The notes under the pieces: generated by a model
What the model was told of the DNA's origin: nothing
Seen by the model: the letters and a program-made list of their open reading frames with translations, nothing else
Database searches by the model: none
In this document: positions 57,931 through 64,000 of the stretch, in pieces
Position numbering within the stretch: position 1 is the first letter of the stretch
Layout of the letters: every line of letters begins with the position of its first letter
Source of the DNA: Bacteriovoracaceae bacterium
GTDB lineage: Bacteria > Bdellovibrionota > Bacteriovoracia > Bacteriovoracales > Bacteriovoracaceae
Assembly: GCA_041586955.1 (NCBI GenBank)
Contig: JBFGZE010000001.1
Span: 46,494 to 110,493, forward strand
Direction: 5' to 3'
Length of the DNA: 64,000 nucleotides
Translations under genes and position numbers: made by a program

Positions 57931-58705
57931 AAAATAGGGATGGGTGAGAGGAAAAATTCTTTTTGATATATTTTTTAACCCCACTAACGACAGCACGAGC
58001 ATAAATATCTTGAAATTTTGAACTAAGCATTTTTTGTAACTCCTCTTTATTTGACATAAAGCCCACTTCAAGAAGAACAGCTGGCCTCTTCGTTAAGGCC
58101 AATACATAAAAAAGGCCGGGCTTCACGCCTCTATCACTCAAAGAAAAACTCTTCTGTACCTTCCGAGCAATGGCGCGATGGATTTCATTTGCCAAACTTT
58201 TTGATTTTCCCATCGTCCGTTCCACAACTAAATCTGTGAGAATTTGCTGAATAATAAGCTCTTCACCCTTTAAGGATTTGTTTTCCACATCCTCAACTTT
58301 TTGAACTGCCGCATCTTTATGATTATCTAAATAATAGATTTCAAACCCTGACGCTGATTTTGTTTCTGAAGAATTAATATGAACAGAAATAAAAAGATCT
58401 GCCTTAACTTTCTCCGCTAAGCTGGCGCGTTCGGCCAAAGACACGGTGCGATCAATTGAGCGAGTTAAATAAGAATTATAATCTTTAGCTAGGTAATGAT
58501 GAATTTTCTTGGCGATACTTAGAGAAATATCTTTTTCGTGGACAATATTGACACTCTTAGCACCATTTTTCCCAATCTTTAGATGATTCCCTTCTGCGCC
58601 ATGATCCTCTCCACCATGCCCAGGGTCAATTAATATGGTCAGCCCAAAACTAGGAGCTATTCCTAATAGAAAAAATATTAAAAAGGTTATTAGTTTATGC
58701 GCCAT
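57929..58705 (-). CDS. N-acetylmuramoyl-L-alanine amidase (Amidase_3)
   Basis: IDPGHGGED, EKD, FISVHIN, AVLLEVGFMSN. Confidence 0.95.
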   Translation of the reverse strand: MAHKLITFLIFFLLGIAPSFGLTILIDPGHGGEDHGAEGNHLKIGKNGAKSVNIVHEKDISLSIAKKIHHYLAKDYNSYLTRSIDRTVSLAERASLAEKVKADLFISVHINSSETKSASGFEIYYLDNHKDAAVQKVEDVENKSLKGEELIIQQILTDLVVERTMGKSKSLANEIHRAIARKVQKSFSLSDRGVKPGLFYVLALTKRPAVLLEVGFMSNKEELQKMLSSKFQDIYARAVVSGVKKYIKKNFSSHPSLF

Positions 58706-58710
58706 TACTT

Positions 58711-59901
58711 TTAGTATAATTTAATTAATTGATGATGGGGATAATAATATTTTAAAATTTCGCGAAACGATTTTCCAGCTTTGGCCATATAGAGAGCGCC
58801 GATCTGACACATCCCCACTCCATGACCTAAACCCTCGCCCTCCATTAAAAGAGACTGACCTAATTGTTTTAAGTTAAAATTATTAGATTTAACCGATTGA
58901 CGCCCAAAAAAACGTCTAAAATAGGACTTCTTGACTTCAAAGCGCTGATCGTCCAGATAGAGATAAACATCATCCTTTTTTAAAGGCGATGGCACCATTC
59001 TCACTTCTTGCCATTTCTTTTGTCCTAACAATAAATAGTTTTTCCGTTTTAGCCATTTAATAAAGTCTTTGATTTTATTAATTGAAAAAATCCGCTTCCA
59101 CTTCTTTTGACCGCGGCCATGACAGTATTGACAGTCCTTCCCCACATAACCATCCACAGAATTAGTCCATACTTGCTTCGGATCAAGAATTTTCCCACCA
59201 CATTTTGCATGAAAAAAGGCCGGGACAATTTTTCCAGAAGGTGCCTTTAGGACATAACCAAAAGTATCTTTAATGGCGTTATCCGTATTCAACGTCGAAT
59301 CGAAAAAGCCTCCTGAAACTTGATGTTTTTCAGAACTCTCCAAATCGTAAAAGTCCTGATCTTTTTCCCGCCTCGCACCACCGCGATTATAAACACGATA
59401 GAGCGCATAGGTACGGGCCGCCACGGCCTGCGCCTTTAACACCTCTAAAGGCCAACTCGCATTCATTTCTTTGGCCAATAAGGTTGAAAGATAGCTTTCA
59501 ATGCGCGTCTCATGAACAACATCACATTTTTTATTATTTTTAGATGTGCTTATAAATAATTGGCCATCAAATTTTTTATTGTCCAATTCCTCAAGAGATA
59601 AAATTCCGGCCTTCGATTTTAACGAAGCAATAAGTAAACCTCCACCCTTCTTACGAGGGGCAGAAGCAAGATTCCGGCAATTAAAATGAACTCTTTTGCG
59701 GCCTTCAAACTCTTTACTATTCTTAGTGGGAATAAATGTTCGCACCAGATCAGTCCCTTTAATAGAAATGGCATCTAACGACTTACCAACCCGCACTCGA
59801 ATGAGCGGATTTTTTTCAAAAATATTACGTGGAATACTGGCATCTAGACTGAATACAAAAGTGAAGACTAGTATTGCCCAACTCGTCCTAAGTTTTGGCA
59901 C
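58711..59901 (-). CDS. SpoIID/LytB family lytic transglycosylase
   Basis: YL...LAKEM, LKAQAVAARTYA, GHGVGMCQIGA, EILKYYYP. Confidence 0.93.
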   Translation of the reverse strand: MPKLRTSWAILVFTFVFSLDASIPRNIFEKNPLIRVRVGKSLDAISIKGTDLVRTFIPTKNSKEFEGRKRVHFNCRNLASAPRKKGGGLLIASLKSKAGILSLEELDNKKFDGQLFISTSKNNKKCDVVHETRIESYLSTLLAKEMNASWPLEVLKAQAVAARTYALYRVYNRGGARREKDQDFYDLESSEKHQVSGGFFDSTLNTDNAIKDTFGYVLKAPSGKIVPAFFHAKCGGKILDPKQVWTNSVDGYVGKDCQYCHGRGQKKWKRIFSINKIKDFIKWLKRKNYLLLGQKKWQEVRMVPSPLKKDDVYLYLDDQRFEVKKSYFRRFFGRQSVKSNNFNLKQLGQSLLMEGEGLGHGVGMCQIGALYMAKAGKSFREILKYYYPHHQLIKLY

Positions 59902-59958
59902 AGAACAACTCCTTCCTCTAATAGAATACCCTTATATCCTATTTGGGAAAAGCTGATC

Positions 59959-60780
59959 TTATTTTCCGATCAATTTCATCACCTTTTGCAAGTCAATCCA
60001 AGCACTTCGCTTCATATTAGGATTAATCACGAGAAAGTCAGGGTGGAAAACGGGCATGATTTGAATATTGACTTGGTCTTGATTTGGAAAAATAAAACTT
60101 CTTTTAAAGACTTCACCATGTACCTGACTCAGGCGCTTTCTTTCCATTAATGCCAATCGAGTGGCCGCGGCACCTAAACAGACCAGAACAGATGGCGCTA
60201 ATTGCCTTAGGTCCTTAAAAATAAGGGATTGAAAATCGTTATTATCCGTCTCAATGTAAATACGAGCAAAATCTCCCGTACTTAAATTCATCGCCTTAAT
60301 CATCCTAGAAAGCACATCATTTTCAGAGTCATCCTGAAAATCCTTTGGCCTTTCTCCCAAAAAGATAACTGACACACCTTCTTTATTGGCCTGATCGAGG
60401 GGGTAAACGGCATGGCCAGGCAATTCTTTATATTGACATAGTTTTTCTAAATCTATTTTTTGCCATTCTGAAGAATGAGCTTTTGTTGGATTACTCTTAT
60501 CAAGTAATTGCTGAATCATTTCCTTGCCCAGCTCTTGATTTTCAGGGCCCGCTTGCTCCTCCACTTTGGCCTGCTTGATAGGAGTGGCCACAGACTGAGC
60601 TGGCATGGGCCGTGGCCTTGTGATAATGGTACTCTTGGCCTCTATCGCCGGCAAACTCACCCCATTATTCTCTTCAAATTGAATCTCAAAATCTTGAGGC
60701 ACCCATTGCCATGTATTTTTAAAGAGATAGGCCTCATAGCATGGTGGTAATGAATCTTGTTTAATAAGGGAGTTTTTCAC
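59959..60780 (-). CDS. divergent uracil-DNA glycosylase family 4-like protein
   Basis: IFLGERP, VCLGAAA, PVFHPDFL...KRSAWIDL. Confidence 0.65.
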   Translation of the reverse strand: MKNSLIKQDSLPPCYEAYLFKNTWQWVPQDFEIQFEENNGVSLPAIEAKSTIITRPRPMPAQSVATPIKQAKVEEQAGPENQELGKEMIQQLLDKSNPTKAHSSEWQKIDLEKLCQYKELPGHAVYPLDQANKEGVSVIFLGERPKDFQDDSENDVLSRMIKAMNLSTGDFARIYIETDNNDFQSLIFKDLRQLAPSVLVCLGAAATRLALMERKRLSQVHGEVFKRSFIFPNQDQVNIQIMPVFHPDFLVINPNMKRSAWIDLQKVMKLIGK

Positions 60781-60929
60781 TATTGATCCTCAATGAATCT
60801 TTTTATTTTAGAGGTAAAAAAGTCCGAAAAAATTTAAGCTCTGTCTAGTCCTAAGAACATTATTTTTTTTCCCGAACTGTATATTACTGGGTGCATAAAC
60901 CCAACCTGCTGTATTTATAAGGAGCTTCC

Positions 60930-61142
60930 ATGTCTTTTGACCCTGAATTTAAGTTTGAACACTTTGAAGAATATTTTGGTGATACCCTACAAGTTCAAAA
61001 AATAATAGATGAGTGCAAAGTTTGTGGCTCACAAATGATTTTTACGCACTTAGCTGACTACACTAATCTTTTTATCCAGGAAACGGCCCGCTGCCCAGAC
61101 TGTGGAGCTGACCATCGTAAGCTCATTCATGTTCTAAATTAG
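60930..61142 (+). CDS. small zinc-ribbon protein
   Basis: AAGGAG SD; CKVC...CPDC. Confidence 0.75.
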   Translation: MSFDPEFKFEHFEEYFGDTLQVQKIIDECKVCGSQMIFTHLADYTNLFIQETARCPDCGADHRKLIHVLN

Positions 61143-63018
61143 TTTTTAAATACTTAAGAATATTTTTGGCCAATTGCGGCCTTAGGTTTAATAATTCAGC
61201 AATTTCCTTGCTGCTTAATTGAACTAAAGCTTCTGGTCGCAATTGGTTATTTTTTAATAAAAGTTCTCTAGTCTTTGGACCAATCCCTGGCACCTGGTCC
61301 AGCCAAGACGCGACGACCCTCTTTTGCTCTTTCTTATGGTGAAGCCTACGAGAAAAACGATGGGCCTCATCTCGCATCTGAGTTAAAATACGAAAAAGTG
61401 ATTTGTTCTTTTTCAAAATATAGGGATTCGCGCGCCCTGGAATAACGAGTCGTTCATCTGATTTTTGAATCTTTGACTTCTTAAATTGGTATTGCGATGA
61501 CTTCATTTTCTCTTTGGCAAGGCCAATGACTGGAATAGAATCAATCCCCTTCTCTTCTAAAATTTTTGTAACACTTGAAACTTGTCCCTTTCCTCCATCA
61601 ATAACAAAAACATCCGGCAAATCACCATGTGCTAATCTTCTGGCAATCACTTCTTCCATCATCGCAAAATCATTATTACCTTCAGGTCGCTCAGTAAGAT
61701 GGTAATAGCGATAAAATTGTTTCCATGGTTTTCCATCAATAAAAACGATTTGTGCAGCAGTCGGAGAGCTTCCTTGAAAGACCGCGACATCATAACATTC
61801 GAGACGAACAGGGCGTTCTTTTAAATTAAGTAATTCCTGCAGACGGCGTAGGCCAAAATAGACACTTTCCTCATTACTCAATCTAACCTTTTGCGTTTCC
61901 ATCGCTTGATTTTTTGCCAACTCAAGAAGACCTAGTAAATGTTTTTCCTTCTCTTTATTGTTTAAGTAAATGGAAAAAAGCTCATTTAATGCCTTCGAAA
62001 AATCAAGAGAGTATTCTTCAAGTAAAATATTTTTTGGTAAAACGTCATGGGAATTTTGATAATATTGTAAAATAAAGGATTGGAATGTTCCCAAAAAGTC
62101 ATCTTCAAAATCTAATTTAGTATAATTAAAGTTTTTATGTCCTAAGAGAATTCCATTTCTAACCATATAAATAGCGATATCAACTTCTTCGTCACCACAA
62201 TAAAAATTAATAATATCAGTATCCTTCACAGTCGGAGGAAACTCTGCGTTCTTTTGCTGCGAATACATCAAAAATTGATTCAGCTTTTCGATATAATCGC
62301 GCAGAATAGCGGCTTGCTCAAAAAGCTCAGCTTCACTTAATTCCACCATTTTCTTTTGCAAATAAGAAATCGTTTTATCGCCATCACCTTTAAAAATATT
62401 GACGGCCATTTTTAAAAGTTCTGCATATTCTTCATTGCCAATTTTTTGGACGCAAGGAGCTCGGCATTGCTTAATTTGAAAAAGCAAACAAGGCTCTTTG
62501 CGAGATTGAAACTCACGCAGCGAACAATCACGTAGACCAAAGGACTTTGTCAAAATACGAATAATTTCGCTAATGTTACTACCCACGACAAAAGGGCCAA
62601 AAGTATCAATACCTTTTTTATGCCCTGGCCGCCGTTCATACTGTAATCGAGGAAAGGGTTCATGATAATTAATGGTTACATAGGGATAGGACTTATCGTC
62701 TTTAAGGCGGATATTATAACGCGGAGAGAATTTTTTAATGAGATTATTCTCAAGCACAAAGGCCTCAGTGTCCGAATCTGTTAAAATAAATTCAAACTCC
62801 TGAATATGCCCGACTAAGATTTCAGTTTTTGGACTTTTCCCAGAATTATTGAAATAGCTAACAACTCGACTTCGCAGGCTTTTCGCTTTGCCCACATAGA
62901 GCACTTCATCCCCTCTTTTCATGAGGTAACAGCCGGGGCTTGTGGGTAGCGTTTTGGCCTTTTCCCAAAGCTTTACACGGTTAATTGGAATGCGGTCTGC
63001 CTTTACATTGCGTCTCAA
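61123..63018 (-). CDS. uvrC: excinuclease ABC subunit C
   Basis: PGCYLM...YVGKAKSLRSRV (GIY-YIG), DDKSYPY, IDGGKGQ, RDEAHRF, HhH motif PGIGPK. Confidence 0.97.
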   Translation of the reverse strand: MRRNVKADRIPINRVKLWEKAKTLPTSPGCYLMKRGDEVLYVGKAKSLRSRVVSYFNNSGKSPKTEILVGHIQEFEFILTDSDTEAFVLENNLIKKFSPRYNIRLKDDKSYPYVTINYHEPFPRLQYERRPGHKKGIDTFGPFVVGSNISEIIRILTKSFGLRDCSLREFQSRKEPCLLFQIKQCRAPCVQKIGNEEYAELLKMAVNIFKGDGDKTISYLQKKMVELSEAELFEQAAILRDYIEKLNQFLMYSQQKNAEFPPTVKDTDIINFYCGDEEVDIAIYMVRNGILLGHKNFNYTKLDFEDDFLGTFQSFILQYYQNSHDVLPKNILLEEYSLDFSKALNELFSIYLNNKEKEKHLLGLLELAKNQAMETQKVRLSNEESVYFGLRRLQELLNLKERPVRLECYDVAVFQGSSPTAAQIVFIDGKPWKQFYRYYHLTERPEGNNDFAMMEEVIARRLAHGDLPDVFVIDGGKGQVSSVTKILEEKGIDSIPVIGLAKEKMKSSQYQFKKSKIQKSDERLVIPGRANPYILKKNKSLFRILTQMRDEAHRFSRRLHHKKEQKRVVASWLDQVPGIGPKTRELLLKNNQLRPEALVQLSSKEIAELLNLRPQLAKNILKYLKTNLEHE

Positions 63019-63061
63019 TCCTCATACCTTAGTAAAACAAGTCCCCAAAAAAGAAGGTTCC

Positions 63062-63478
63062 ATGTCCGAAATTAGTGTTGGTAAAGAAGTATTGTCCTAT
63101 TGCAGTAAGTGTAAGCTTACTTTAGCACATCTAGTTGTGGCAATGAAATCTCCCACGCAAATTGGAAAAGTAACTTGTAAAACCTGTAAAGGAACTCATG
63201 CTTACAAGGACCCTTCTGCTGTAAGTGCTCGAAAAACAAAATCACGGACATCAACCAAGAAAACTGCTGCCAAAACCTCTGTCTCAGATATGTGGATGGA
63301 TGCAATGGCCAATTCAAAGACCAAATCTCTTTCCTATTCAACAAAAACAAATTTTACTATTGGTGACATCATTGATCACCCGAAATTTGGCCCAGGTGTT
63401 GTTGAAAAATCCTTGGACGGAAATAAGGTTCAAGTTATTTTCCGTCACGAAATCAAAGTATTAATTCATAATAGATAA
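63062..63478 (+). CDS. conserved hypothetical zinc-binding protein
   Basis: CSKC...H...CKTC...H, and C-terminal HPKFGPGVV SH3-like module; start ATG 63062. Confidence 0.8.
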   Translation: MSEISVGKEVLSYCSKCKLTLAHLVVAMKSPTQIGKVTCKTCKGTHAYKDPSAVSARKTKSRTSTKKTAAKTSVSDMWMDAMANSKTKSLSYSTKTNFTIGDIIDHPKFGPGVVEKSLDGNKVQVIFRHEIKVLIHNR

Positions 63479-63487
63479 AAGCTCTGA

Positions 63488-64000
63488 TTAAAAGCTGGCA
63501 CCACCGCCAAACGATCCACCAATACTAAAATGGCCACCGATATTCCCCATGGAATAGGGTGCACCACCATAATATCCGCCATAACCAGCGCCTCCGTAAC
63601 CAAAGCCACCATTATTATACTGGTTACTTTGATACTTATTCCCGGCATTCACATAATCTTTATAAAGTCCTTGAGCAGCTGCTTGTGACGTCTGCCAATT
63701 CCCCATATTCCGACGATCCTCAAATTGAGCTGTCGCTTGCTGTTGTTGCCATTGTTGTTGCTGCTGCTGCCAAAATTGGTCGCCGCCCCAGCCTCCGGAA
63801 TTACCCCAGTAGCCACCGCCACCATTAGGTCCGCCCCAATTGCCGTAACCGGCTCCACCGTGGCCACCCCAGCCTCCGCCGCCGCTACCAGGTCCCCAGC
63901 CACCTGAACCATTTCCGCCCCAGCCGCCTGAACCATTGCCGCCCCAGCCGCCTGAACCATTGCCGCCCCAGCCGCCTGAACCATTGCCGCCCCAGCCGCC
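63488..64000 (-). CDS. 3' part (170 aa visible) of a Gly/Trp/Asn/Gln/Tyr low-complexity repeat protein; start lies beyond the window
   Basis: Frame is open from 64000 to TAA 63488 and in frame with track ORF 63488..63706: (GGWGGNGS)x4...WQQQQQQWQQQQ...GGFGYGGAGYGGYYGG...GGGASF. Confidence 0.85.
   Translation of the reverse strand, partial: GGWGGNGSGGWGGNGSGGWGGNGSGGWGGNGSGGWGPGSGGGGWGGHGGAGYGNWGGPNGGGGYWGNSGGWGGDQFWQQQQQQWQQQQATAQFEDRRNMGNWQTSQAAAQGLYKDYVNAGNKYQSNQYNNGGFGYGGAGYGGYYGGAPYSMGNIGGHFSIGGSFGGGASF
63905..64000 (-). repeat. 24-bp tandem repeat, at least 4 copies, running off the window
   Basis: GGCGGCTGGGGCGGCAATGGTTCA three times exactly, plus one copy with a single synonymous change. 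Confidence 0.95.

Noticed and set aside
60805..60880. Possible sigma28 promoters (TTTAG...TCCGAAAA and CTAAG...CCCGAACT) before the small zinc-ribbon gene
   Set aside because: Only partial matches with inconsistent spacing; cannot be supported without a genome-trained motif.
63649..63984. Track ORF MVQAAGAA-repeat (111 aa) and + strand ORFs 63559..63828 and 63725..63907
   Set aside because: These are alternative-frame shadows of the 24-bp repeat. Variation between units is synonymous in the GGWGGNGS frame, which also joins ORF 63488..63706.
63905..64000. Possible CRISPR array
   Set aside because: The units are contiguous with no unique spacers, the length is a multiple of three within a reading frame, and there are no cas genes.
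1..64000. tRNA, rRNA, transposase, integrase, prophage or defence genes
   Set aside because: No T-loop or cloverleaf pattern in the intergenic gaps and no such protein motifs in the ORFs; mazG is the housekeeping two-domain type next to coaE.

Overview
AT-rich bacterial core chromosome. Gene content and protein style suggest a Bdellovibrionota predator (Bacteriovorax/Halobacteriovorax-like); this is inference, not a database result. Contents in order: a secreted S8 protease, lnt and kdsD, an ilvC-like-panB-coaX-coaBC-panC-hflX run, rpsA, an envelope run (ybeY-prfB-lolC/E-lolD-bamA-skp-lpxD-fabZ-lpxA-oxidoreductase-lpxB-lpxK-DUF3108-GT), mazG-coaE, a three-gene polysaccharide module, the flagellar operon fliL-fliA, HU, DsbA, an amidase-SpoIID pair, uvrC, and the 3' end of a Gly/Trp/Gln repeat protein. 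I found no rRNA, tRNA, CRISPR array or transposase. Best leads: (1) a GGWGGNGS octapeptide-repeat, Q/N/Y-rich prion-like protein that the ORF track mis-frames; (2) an FlhF whose G1, G3 and G4 GTPase motifs are all degenerate; (3) an in-frame TGA inside a lipoprotein gene at 5120; (4) the programmed +1 frameshift in prfB; (5) an IlvC-like enzyme in the ketopantoate reductase position; (6) two unannotated ~30-aa membrane peptides; (7) two sigma54 promoters with shared architecture; (8) a composite hairpin and G-rich element between HU and fliL. I cannot claim a confirmed new system; these are testable candidates.
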